Assembly: GCA_964016885.1 (NCBI GenBank) | Contig: OZ024740.1 | Span: forward strand, 44,578,001-44,642,000 | Direction of reading: 5' to 3' | DNA from: Eledone cirrhosa | Lineage: Eukaryota | Length of the DNA stretch: 64,000 nucleotides | Shown: one piece after another, positions 1 to 10,620 of the stretch | Numbering within the stretch: position 1 is the stretch's first letter | How the letters are laid out: the number at the start of each line of letters is the position of its first letter | Position numbers and translations under genes: made by a program | Notes under the pieces: generated by a model | Database searches by the model: none | Told to the model about the DNA's origin: nothing | The model's input: the letters and a program-made list of their open reading frames with translations, nothing else

Positions 1-49
1 AGTTCTTTGCAAGCAGGGAAAAGTGGACGTAAAATGATGATGATGATGA

Positions 50-117
<68 letters not shown>
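1..117 (+). repeat. Short RTE/SINE-type 3' tail ending in (ATG)n, followed by (TA)n and (AAT)n microsatellites
   Basis: ttgcaagcagggaaaagtggacgtaaaatgatgatg matches the reverse complement of the tails at 33637-33693 and 63939-63990, and resembles the RTE 3' end at 6270-6306. Confidence 0.7.
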
Positions 118-772
118 TGTTTCTACTTTTGGCACAAGGCCAGCAATGATATGCATGTGATATGTATGTATAATTGTATTATATTCCTTATCCACAGGTA
201 AATGGAAATACTCAGTATTGTGCCTGGGTGTGTAGTTAGCCCACCAGGAGTGGGAGATTCCTGGTCTTTGTTATGACATCATTCTAGGAGAAGAAAAACT
301 TTGATGTATAACCTGTGCTGTGCCTCACTGGCAGCCAATGTTGTTGACCTGTTTCTTCTTTTTGGTTGCCTGTCACAGTTGTTCGGATAGTGGAATTGGC
401 CCAGTACATAGTCTTTCTTCACTTAAAAAAAAGTTTGGAACACAGGCATCACTTGATTTAAACATTTTTCTTGGGTGTTGCATGAGCAAGACTTGCCATG
501 GCTTAGAAAGGCTAAAAATTCATGTTTGCACCACCGATGTATAAGAAAATGATTTAAGTGATGGTAATTCTCAATATTGAGATGCAGCCCTTATACTGAC
601 AAATGAATGCAAATAAAATTTAAGAAATTGGAAATGTAAGATGATTCAACTGGTTGAATTCTTTTATGTTATTTTATATAAGATAGCTGCTCATCCCATT
701 AATGGTTTCTTCTTTTGATGTTATAAATACTTTATCAGATCACTTAAGATTAGTTTCAAGCGTTTCATCATA

Positions 773-1252
773 ATCATCATCATCATCATCGTTTAACGTC
801 CATTTTCCATGCTAGCATGGGTCTGGACAGGAATTGTCCCACTTGAGGCAAGATTGATTGTCTTGCTCAGGACTGTCTGGCGGGTTTTCTACGGCTGGAT
901 GCCCTTCCTAACACCAACCACGTTTACAGTGTGGACTGGGAGGTTTTTACCGTGTTCCCTACACGGCCACATTACAGCGTGGACTGTGTGTTTTTTTGTC
1001 GTGACACCTACACAACCTCATTTATTTAGGACTGGATGTTGTGGTACCAACATAACTTTACATCGGAGGGAGGGAGGGTGGGGGTGGGGGGGTATTTTGG
1101 TAAGAGGTGCCAACTGACTGTAGGTTTCGCTTTGCACCTAGGCAAGGGTCTTCTGTATTACTGCGTAGCGCCAAAGATCTCGGTCCAGTGACATTGTCTT
1201 GGAGAGGTGTAAGTATGTAAGGTCGGAATCTATCAAGTCGTCCCAGGTTTTT
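773..1252 (-). mobile_element. 5'-truncated RTE LINE (last codons of the ORF, 3' UTR and (ATG)n tail)
   Basis: cggtccagtgacattgtcttggagaggtgtaag (~1181) matches ~60025 of the long RTE copy. The 3' UTR matches 59590-59980 and a (CAT)n tail lies at 773-790. Confidence 0.85.
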
Positions 1253-1617
1253 TACCCAAATATTTACCCCAGGAAATCATGCAGTGGTTATAAACTCTAG
1301 ATCTATCTAATCTAATTTCTCTTTGAGTACTTAGGAGAATATTATCATATGTAAAATGATAGCTCTATCTCTATCATATAAAAGGTGAAGAGGTTAGTAA
1401 AACTCTATAGATAAAACATTCCAAAATTCCTTAAATAAATGTGATAACAAACGTATGATATTAGAAAACTTTCAAAATATCTAACTATTTTGGAATGTCA
1501 GTTACATTTTTTGGTATAAAAATATATCTGAAATATATATTTAATTATGATAACAAATTTAAGCTCTCTCTAAGACTATAGAAAATTATCATCATCCTCA
1601 TTGGGTGACTACTGTAA

Positions 1618-1855
1618 CAGATGGCTACAATCCTCCTTCACCCATTACAGCTTTCCTAACCAGTTGTGGTTCACTGGTCAACTGGTCAACTGGTATGCTT
1701 TGGCCATCTTTCCATTACAGTAGCAGACAACCACATTCTTTCTCCATTCATTACAGCTTTCTTAATTAGTTGGGATTCAGTGGTCATGTAAGTAGCCTTG
1801 GGCATCTTTCTACTATAGCAGCAGATGACCATAATCCTCCTCCAACCACTGCAAG
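1618..1855. repeat. Degenerate tandem repeat, ~100-107 bp period, about 2.3 copies
   Basis: cattacagctttc(c/t)taa and gcaga..acca motifs recur at ~1618, ~1725 and ~1822. Confidence 0.5.
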
Positions 1856-1869
1856 TAAACCAATTTGAT

Positions 1870-2140
1870 TACAGACCACCTGAAACCACCCTAGGATTTA
1901 TAACACTAAGCTGTTTATTTTAAAGTATTCATAGTTAAATTTAAACCTACAATCAAAATTTTATGTAAAAAATTTTGTTTAAAATTTAGCAAAATAAGGG
2001 AATTTTTCATTATTAAGAATATAATTTCATAAAATGATTTTACTTAAAATTATAATAGAAAGTTTGAATTCAAATATGAACATTTTATAATTAGAAGTTT
2101 TGGACGAGAAAATCAGAAGCAGTTTCAGCTGGTTTAGTGT
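1870..2140. mobile_element. AT-rich MITE-like element
   Basis: Imperfect terminal inverted repeats ccacctgaaacc / gcagtttcagctgg; related to 29187-29340 and 33050-33276. Confidence 0.45.
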
Positions 2141-2589
2141 CAAATATGACTCTTGTTTTATGATATGTAAAGTGAAGTAGATAAAAATGGAACTCTATTA
2201 CTAATCTATGCACACACATATGACAATGTTATTAGAAGGGATGGAAAACTGTAGGAAAGAATCCTATAATTACAAAAAAAAAAGCAAGTCGCTATATCAT
2301 TTTTAGTGTAGGTGATGTGAGATAAGACAAGAATAAATATAACTTTAAAGTTTTGTAAAAATAAATACTAAAAATGTAAGAATAAAATATAGTAAAGAGA
2401 CATTTTTGTAATTTGATATATCTTATAATTTTTTATATTTTATATTTTATATTCTTTCTATTTTTGTTATATGCAAAGCATGTCTGGTATCTGAATCACC
2501 AGAGAATACTATATTCTGTAAATATCTTCTGTGAACTGCTATCACAAGTAGATTAAAAAGAAGTGAAGCAAGGGGAGACAACATTTATT

Positions 2590-3563
2590 TTTTATGACAT
2601 AGATGCCAACTTAAAGAATGCCACAGTATTAAAGTACGCAGACGACATCAAGCTGTACCTTGAGATAAAAAGGACAGATCCTGAACACTATAGATCTTGC
2701 TTGCAGTCTGACCTGGACACAATGCAACAATGGATCTCAGACTGGCAACTCAAGCTAGCTGTGGACAAGTGCACCACCATGCATTTTGGGAGTAAAAACC
2801 CAGCGTCCACATACTCCCTCCACAGCACTAATATCAAGAAGTCTTCTTGTGAACGTGACCTGGGCATTACGGTCAGCAGCGATTTGCGTTGGACGAAGCA
2901 CGTCTCTAAAATTGTCAAGAGGGCCGAGGGGTGTCTTAGCATCACTCAGCAAGACCTTTGTCAGCCGCTCTCCAGCTATCTATTTAAGGCTGTACATGGC
3001 TATGGTGCGACCACACTTAGAATTTGCATCACCAGTCTGGAACCCTTATCTTGCTCAGAACATTGACCGCCTGGAAACTGTTCAGAGACGTGCAACCAAG
3101 CGAATACCCTCCATCAGGCATCTACCATACTCTGAGCGCCTTGCTTCTCTGGGCATGGATACATTGAAGCTCCGACGCCTGGCAACTGACTTGGTAAACA
3201 CCCACAAAATTGTTAACCATGTTGCCAACAACAACCCTGAGTACCTTTTTGATTTCCATGGGTCTAACACACGTGGACATGCCCACAAAGTAAGAAAACA
3301 GCACAGTTCCCATGACTTTCAGAAACATTTTTTCACGCTCAGAGTTACTGAAGCATGGAACAAACTACCTGCATCAGTTGTTAGCTGTCGAGACACTGCA
3401 TCCTTTAAGGCCTCCATGCTTCCTGAGATCCGCCAACACTACAGCTAACATATACACACATGTACTTCCCTGACATTTGTGTATTATTCTATACATACAC
3501 CTTTGACGAGTTGTAGTGCACCTGAGCACTTTACACAATAATTTCATTATTATTATTATTATT
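2590..3563 (+). mobile_element. 5'-truncated CR1/L2-group LINE: RT C-terminal part (frameshifted at ~2935), 3' UTR and (ATT)n tail
   Basis: YADDIKLY RT motif, ERDLGI, RPHLEFASPVWNPYL, LETVQRRATK, TRGH and WNKLP motifs typical of CR1-type ORF2. Confidence 0.85.
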
Positions 3564-3737
3564 AATACCATGTTAATCTAAATATAGCAAACAGCCTGAA
3601 AGTTTCCCTACTTCTAGAAATAAAAAAAACTGCTTGATTTATGTTGATACTTAAATTTAAACTTTTCCTTATAATTGTATGTAAGAAACTTTCATTAAGT
3701 TATGTTCCATACACAAAATTAATAATGAAACTTTTAA

Positions 3738-4222
3738 TTCTTCTTCTTCTTCTTCTTCGCCCACTTATTTCTGAGAGGGTTGTGCGGGCAGAGTCTTCAA
3801 ACACCCCTTCTAGCGGGTCCTGTCAGAAGCAACCATCTCCAACTGATCCAGCTGGATCCCCAAATGAGACCACCCAGCTCATGGATGTTATCTAACCATT
3901 TAGCTCAGGATCTACCCCTGGCTCTCCTGCTGGTTGGTTTTGCCCATAAAATCTGTCCAGTGATTTTTTTTTTCCCGAGACATTCTAATCGTATGTGCAT
4001 AGTATCAGAGCTGCGACCTTTCAATTTGGAGAAGTAGCAGCTTTACTTGGAATGACTCTCTGATCTCTAAGCTATGCACTCCACTGAGTAACATTACTCC
4101 AAAGACTTTTTGGAGGATCCCCATTTCAAACTGCTTGTATTCGCAATTGTATTCTTTCAGTCATTACCAATGATTCATGACCATAGGTAAGGTTTTGGTG
4201 CAAATACTGAATTGAAGATAGC
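3738..4222 (-). mobile_element. 3' end of an old RTE (Rex3/Expander-like) LINE with (AAG)n tail
   Basis: Minus strand translates, with frameshifts, to ...TYGHESLVMTERIQLRIQAV-EMG...IERSQL, an RTE C-terminal region; (TTC)n at 3738-3758. Confidence 0.7.
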
Positions 4223-7092
4223 AGGAGGGATTTGGAGTAAAGCTGGAATCCGATGTCAGATCAGTAAACAAAGTGTTCTGGCAGACTCTCTGCCGACTTC
4301 ATAATAAGAAGTCCTCCTCCACTCCTGTTATCTGGAACACATCTGGGGTTCTCCTCTTTTCAGAGAGGTGCATCCTTGCAAGGTGGAGAGAATACTTTGC
4401 TGATCTCCTAAACCCGATCAAAATAGCATCTTCTGATGTACTCGAGGTGCATCTGGGAGCAGTGACTAATCTCTCAGAGCCTGAGGTCACAAGAGCAGTT
4501 TAAAGCTCAATTGTGGCAAAGCCACTAGTTAAGATGAAATGCAGCCCAAGATATTAAAAGATATTAAAGACCCCCTATACTTCGCTTTTGTCGACTTGGA
4601 GAAAGCCTTCGACAGAGTCCCCCGTTCCATTATCTGGTGGGCTCTTAGAAAACTAGGTGTTGACGAATGGCTTGTGAGAGCTATACAAGCCATGTATAAA
4701 GAAACAGTCAGCAAGGTTAGAATTAACAACGAATATAGTGAAGAGTTTAGCGTAAAAGTTGGTGTCCATCAGGGCTCTGTTCTTAGCCCCCTACTATTTA
4801 TTATTGCCCTTCAGGCTATAACAGAGGAGTTCAAGACCGGCTGCCCATGGGAACTCCTATACGCAGATGATCTAACGCTCATAGCTGAATCAATGGCCGA
4901 GCTAGAGAAGAAATTCCAAACATGGAAGCACGGCCTAGAATCAAAAGGCCTTAAAATTAACCTGGCTAAGACTAAAGTTCTAGTTTGTAGGAAAGAAAAT
5001 AAGGCGCCGGTCCCTTCCGGGAAATGGCCATGCTCAGTGTGTAGGAAAGGGGTAGGTAGAAACTCCATTTTATGTCCCAAATGCAAAGTATGGGTGCATA
5101 AAAGATGTAGTGGGATCACAGGTAAGCTAACTAAGAACATAGATTTTACATGTGGCCGGTGCTCTGGTGCAATAAGTAGCAGCAAGTGCCCAAAAATACT
5201 AGCTCTTTCAATTGTGCAGAGGGTTCTATAGAAATAGTGGACAGCTTCCGTTACCTGGGTGACAAAATCAGCAGTGGGGGAGGGTGCTCTGAAAGTACAG
5301 TAGCTAGAGTCAGAACTGGATGGAAAAAGTTCAGAGAGCTTATACCACTATTAGCCGCTAAAGGGTTCTCCCTAAAAATGAAAGGCAGGTTGTATGATGC
5401 CTGCATACGAACAGCAATGTTGCATGGCAGTGAGACCTGGGCATTGTGTGCAGAGGATATATGCAGACTAGAGAGGAACGAAGCTTGCATGCTCCGCTGG
5501 ATGTGTAATAGTAATATACATGAACGGCAAAGTATAAACGAACTAAGGAAAAAATTAGAAATAAGAGGGATCAGATGTTGTTTACTCGAGAGAAGGCTAC
5601 GTTGGTATGGTCACATGATGCGCATGAAAGACGACAGCTGTATAACAAAGTGCAGGGCAATAAAGATAGATGGTAGCCACGGAGTAGGCAGACCCAGAAA
5701 AACCTGGGACGAGCTGATAAATTCCGACCTCACACACTTACACCTCTCCAAGACAATGTCACTGGACCGAGACCTTTGGCGGTACTCAGTAATAGAGAAG
5801 ACCCGCCTTACCTAAATACAAAGTAAAACCTACTACAGTCAGTAGGCATCTCTAACAAAATACACCCCTGTCCCACCACCCCCACCCCATCCACACCGCC
5901 CCTTTCAATGTAAAGTTATGTTGGTGCCACAACATCCAGGCCGAAACAAATGAGATCGTGTAGGTGTCACGACAAAAAAACACAGTGCACGCTGTAATGT
6001 GGCCGTGTAGGCAACACGGTAAAAACCTCCCAGTCCCACACTGTAAATGTGGTTGGTGTTAGGAAGGGCATCCAGCTGTAAAAAACACGCCAGACAGTCC
6101 ACGCTGTAATGTGGCCGTGTAGGCAACATGGTAAAAACCTCCCAGCCCCACACTGTAAATGTGGTTGGTGTTAGGAAGGGCATCCAGCTGTAGAAAACCC
6201 GCCAGACAGTCCTATGCAAGCAAGACAACCACTCTTGCCTCAAGTGGGAAAACTCCCGTCCAAACCCATGCAAGCGTGGAACATGGACGTTAAACGATGA
6301 TGATGATTCTCGGGCTGATTTGTGTGTGCTGGGTGGCCTAGATCTCTGGAAAAGTACCTAAGCAATGGCAATCAGGAGTGATAATCCCAATTTTCAAAAT
6401 GGGAAACAACAGAGATTGTTCCAGTTACACAGGGATCTCCTTATTAAGCCTCCCTAGTAAAGTCTATGCTATGTGTTTGGCAAAGAGATGCAGGGAGATT
6501 ATTGAGTCCAAACTAACTGATGAACAGTGTGGTTTTTGCCCTGAACACATCATAGTCAACCAAATATTCACACTGCGGCAGGTCTTCAAGAAATCATGGG
6601 AGTATTGCCAAGAGGAATATTCTTGTTTTGTAGACCTCAAAAAGGCATATGACCACATTCCTCGGGACCTGCTGTAGAAGGTTCTGCAGGAGTATCAGAT
6701 CGATAGTCAGCTTCTTGTTACCCTGATGTCTCCATCTGAATGCCCAAGTATATCTGTTTGGATAAATGGTGCTGAATTGAAACCATTCAATGTGGGAGTT
6801 GGACTCTGCCAAGGGTGTGTACTGTCACCTCTGCTGTTCATTATTTTCATGAACAGGATTGACATATGCAGCCAGATTAGAAGTGGTGTCATGAGTGGCA
6901 GGTGTAGAATCAGTTGGCTGGAATTTTCAGACAACATGGTGTTACTTAACTTGACAGAAGGTGATCTCTGACTTGCACCTGATAGGTTTGATGTTGATTG
7001 CTGCATGGCTAGAACGAAAATCAATGCTGTGAAAACTGAGACACTCATCCTCTCAAGGAAGCCTGCGCAGTGCACTCTATATGTTCATGGGA
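4223..7092 (+). mobile_element. Old degenerate RTE (Rex3/Expander-like) RT segment, interrupted by a younger RTE at ~4570-6306
   Basis: RWREYFADLLNP...EMQPKILK (to ~4560) resumes at 6306 as ILGLICVCWVA*ISGKVPKQWQSGVIIPIFK...YTGISLLSLPSKVY...FVDLKKAYD...GLCQGCVLSPLLF...FSDN; contains stops. Confidence 0.8.
4570..6306 (+). mobile_element. 5'-truncated young RTE LINE (RT domain, PHD-like finger, C-terminus, 3' UTR, (ATG)n tail); frameshift at ~5190
   Basis: FVDLEKAFDRVP, QGSVLSPLLF, LLYADDL, FRYLG, RLRWYGH; near-identical to the reverse complement of 59590-61230. Confidence 0.93.
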
Positions 7093-7267
7093 GAGAGATT
7101 TGTATCAGGTTTTATTTCATGTCTTTCATCTAGATTAGTGGTTATTCTACAACATTATTATTTTCAAGCTCATAAACCTGAGCAAGATGGCTGCTGACCT
7201 TTTTCTTCCATTGAAGGTGTTGCTTCAGTGTTATTATTCAGGTCTTGTATGTATGTATGTATGGAAA

Positions 7268-8146
7268 GCATTAGGAAAGCAAGTGATGCTTTTGGAAAGC
7301 TAGAAAGGCAACCCTGGGGTCAGCGAGACATATGTAAGAAGACAAAGGTAAAGGTGTACAAGGCATGTGTGTTCTCTTCTCTTCTTCACATATCGACACT
7401 AACTTAAACAATTAGAGCATTTCCATCAGATGTGTCTCAAACGGATCCATGGCATTCACTGGAGGGACCACATCAGTGATGTCAAGATTTTGGAAAGCTC
7501 TCTGTGTGACAGTATAGAAGCACTTGTGCTTAAGCAAAGACTCCGTTGGAGTGGTCACCTTGCCAGGATGAAGGATTCTAGAATACCAAAACAACTCTTT
7601 TATGGACCTCCACATAAACCAAAAAAGGGGTATAAGAATTCGTTGAAAGCCTCTTTGAAAGACGCTAACATCTCTGCTGATACATGGGAAAATGTTGCTG
7701 CTGATATTAATAAATGGAGAAAGACTGTATATGAGGGGAAAGTTGCCTTTGAGGCATCTCGAATCACATACGAGAAAGTAAAGGGGGATGTGAGGAAGGG
7801 CATTACTGTTGCATTTCCAGACAGCAAAGGTCCTCCTATGGCTCTGACATTCAGAATCTGTGCAAGACTCTGCCTCAGCAAAGCTAGACTCAAAAGTCAT
7901 CTTCGCAGTCATAAAGTGAGACCAGTGGTTGACTACCAGGCTGCTGTTGGAGATGCTACTCATCATGCCTGCCAAGCATGTGGTAGAGAATGTAAATCAG
8001 CAGGAGGGCTCAAACGACATGCAAAAGTACATGAACTCCAACCACAGTCAACTATTCCCAGTGAATGTTTTGGGTGCCAACTCTGTACAAAACATTATAG
8101 ATCATTGGCTGGGCTAAAAAGCCACATTCGATCGCAGCACTGTTAA
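7268..8146 (+). mobile_element. 3' fragment of a BovB-like RTE LINE with C-terminal C2H2 zinc fingers
   Basis: KASDAFGKL, KVKVYKACV, RLRWSGHLARMKDSRIPKQLFYG, followed by C-x2-C-x12-H-x3/4-H motifs. Confidence 0.75.
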
Positions 8147-8214
8147 TTGTTATTGTGTGTGTGTGTGTATGTGTATGTGTATATGTATATATAGATATTT
8201 ATATGTGTGTGTGT

Positions 8215-8490
8215 CATCATCATCATCATCACCGTTTTATGTCCGTTGTTCCATGCTAATATGGCTTAGATAGGTTGTCCTGTTGTGGGCAGTGTCCGGT
8301 CGGCTGACCTTGCTCATATGGGAACATATTCTGGCTTGATTTCTACAGCTGAATGCCCTCAGCTAACACCAACCTCATTTACAGTGACTGCTGGGTGCTT
8401 TTCTCCCGTGGCGCCTACACGTCCACTTTTACAGTGTGGGCTGGGTGCTTTTTTGCCGTGGCACCTCCACGACCACTTTGCAGTGGAATG
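8215..8490 (-). mobile_element. RTE-tail SINE / 3' UTR fragment containing ~50-bp internal repeats
   Basis: (CAT)n tail, gtccgttgttccatgc 3' motif, repeated ccacttt(t)acagtg..ctgggtgcttt...cgtggc units. Confidence 0.65.
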
Positions 8491-8499
8491 ATAAGGATC

Positions 8500-8648
8500 C
8501 CAGTCCCATCATCTCATTTCTACAGCTGAGTAAACTGGAGCAATGTGAAATAAAGTGTCTTGCTCAAGGAAACAACACATCACCCAGTCTGAGAATTGAA
8601 CTCACAACCTTTTGATTGCAAGCCTAATGCTCTAACCACTAAGCCATC
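8500..8648 (-). mobile_element. tRNA-derived SINE (Pol III A/B boxes plus ccttgagcaagacactt core)
   Basis: Minus strand A box TGGCTTAGTGG (8636-8646) and B box GTTCAATTC (8593-8601); related copies at ~26395-26560, ~32330-32470 and 33706-33845. Confidence 0.75.
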
Positions 8649-8674
8649 TGTGTGTGTGTGTATATATATATATA

Positions 8675-8713
<39 letters not shown>

Positions 8714-8853
8714 AGTTGCATTTATCTTGCTTTATGTTCATACGAGTTATCACCAAGTCACAACCAGTGACCTCAAGAGACAAGGTCCGCCATGTTCAAG
8801 AAAGAACATACATACTCACACATGCATCTTTAGTGTTTAGACTTGTGATGTAC

Positions 8854-10620
8854 TTATATTGACAAAATCTTCCTTAGTATATGGGCAGTTCCCATTAGTA
8901 CTATCTTTTGTATTTCTCCTATACGCGGGTTTCCTGGGATTTGCGATAAGTAATCATTAGACCCCTTAGGTATCATTCCCAGAGCGCCTACAACCACTGG
9001 TATTGTTTTAGTTCTCAATTTCCACATTTTTCCAATTTCTATCTCCAGGTCCTTATACTTGCTCAATTTTTCAAATGTTTTTATAGATACATTCTTGTCT
9101 ATTGGAACAGACATATCAATTAGCAGGCATACCCTCTTTTTAAAGTCCTTCAATATTATATCAGGTCTGTTTGCATCTATTTTTCGGTCTGTTTGGATGC
9201 TAAAGTTCCACAAGATTGAGATGTGATCTTTTTCAAGTATGGGAGGTGGTTGATGCTCCCACCAATTCTTTTGATGGGGCAGGTCAAAATGCTTACACAT
9301 TATCCAATGTATGTATTGTGCAGCTCTGTCATGCCTGTTTAGGTATTCGGTTGGAGCTATAGGACTACACTTTGAAATTATATGGTCAATGGTCTCTGGT
9401 TGTTTTTTGCATACACGGCATAATGGGCTGCATCCATTTTTTATTATGTTGGCTTGGTAATTTTTTGTTGGCAGACACTGATCTTGTGCTGATATAATAA
9501 GTCCTTCAGTCTCCGATTTCAGTCCAGAGGATGCCAACCACTGATGGGTTAAAGTTTTGTCAACATCAGGATTGTTAGCTCGCTCTGGGTATTTTCCATA
9601 CAGAGGCTTTTCTTGCCATTTCTTAGCCAGTTTCTGTAGCAGTTCTTTCTTTGCAGTTACTTTTACCTGCTTTGCTTTTTCTGTGTTTTCCATTTCAACA
9701 GTAAATGGGACTTCTGAAATTTGTAGTCCATTACTGTATCTTTGTGCATCTTTTGTAATGGAATATGATCTTTTGATGCTTTCGTGTTTCAAAACGAGTT
9801 TGATCATCCAATCATGTGATTCCCTTAGATATGTAGATAATCCAATTGTTGCAGTTTTCAACGCAATGTCTAACTGGATTAACCCACGTCCTCCTTCTTT
9901 CCTAGGGAGATATATTCTATCTATATCTGCCTTAGGGTGATGCATTCTGTGCATGGTTAAGAATTTTCGAATTTTTGTATCGAGCCTACGGATCTCTGTG
10001 CTTGACCAGTTGATGACATTGTAACTGTAGGTTACTACTGGTATGGCAAGCGTGTTTATGGCATCGATCCTATTCCTTGCATTCAATTCCGTTCTTAAGA
10101 TTGCTCTTACTCTGCGGTAACATTCCTTCCTTATCCTTTCCCTCATTGTCGAGTGTTTGATTCCGTCTCCTTCACAAACACCTAGATATTTGTAAGTTTT
10201 TTCTTGATCAAGTTCTCTTATCACGTTCCCCCGATCAAGATTAATGTCTGAACTCTTCAGCAGCTTTCCTCTGGTGAACGTTGCTTTGGCGCATTTATCT
10301 AGTCCAAACTCCATTTTAATGTCATCACTGAACTGCTCCACAGTGGATAATAGCCCTTGCAATTGTTCATCATTTTTTGCAAATAGTTTCAGGTCATCCA
10401 TGTAGAACAGGTGATTAATGGTTTTGTCATAGACTTTATATCCATGTTTTGTTTCATTGAGCATTTTACTTAATGGTATAAGTGCGATGCAGAATAAAAG
10501 CTGTGATAAAGAGTCACCCTGAAAAATTCCACAATTAATATTAAATTCTCCAGCTTCCAGTGATTTTGTTTCACTATTCAAAAGGAGTGTCGTTTTCCAT
10601 GTCTTCATACTGAATGACAA
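8854..10620 (-). CDS. R4/Dong ORF, C-terminal half (RT motifs 4-7, CCHC knuckle, RLE); out of frame with the N-terminal half
   Basis: GIFQGDSLS, YMDDLKLF, YKYLG, GGRGL, CRVC...H...C, RHD, RPDI...D, KLSKY, PVVVGALG. Confidence 0.88.
   Translation of the reverse strand: MSFSMKTWKTTLLLNSETKSLEAGEFNINCGIFQGDSLSQLLFCIALIPLSKMLNETKHGYKVYDKTINHLFYMDDLKLFAKNDEQLQGLLSTVEQFSDDIKMEFGLDKCAKATFTRGKLLKSSDINLDRGNVIRELDQEKTYKYLGVCEGDGIKHSTMRERIRKECYRRVRAILRTELNARNRIDAINTLAIPVVTYSYNVINWSSTEIRRLDTKIRKFLTMHRMHHPKADIDRIYLPRKEGGRGLIQLDIALKTATIGLSTYLRESHDWMIKLVLKHESIKRSYSITKDAQRYSNGLQISEVPFTVEMENTEKAKQVKVTAKKELLQKLAKKWQEKPLYGKYPERANNPDVDKTLTHQWLASSGLKSETEGLIISAQDQCLPTKNYQANIIKNGCSPLCRVCKKQPETIDHIISKCSPIAPTEYLNRHDRAAQYIHWIMCKHFDLPHQKNWWEHQPPPILEKDHISILWNFSIQTDRKIDANRPDIILKDFKKRVCLLIDMSVPIDKNVSIKTFEKLSKYKDLEIEIGKMWKLRTKTIPVVVGALGMIPKGSNDYLSQIPGNPRIGEIQKIVLMGTAHILRKILSI

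Noticed and set aside
7430-8146. Host C2H2 zinc-finger gene
   Set aside because: The fingers are in frame with RTE C-terminal motifs, lack TGEKP linkers, and the upstream part is a decayed LINE
8500-8648. tRNA gene
   Set aside because: A/B boxes run into a SINE core with no intact cloverleaf or T-run terminator, and several decayed copies exist
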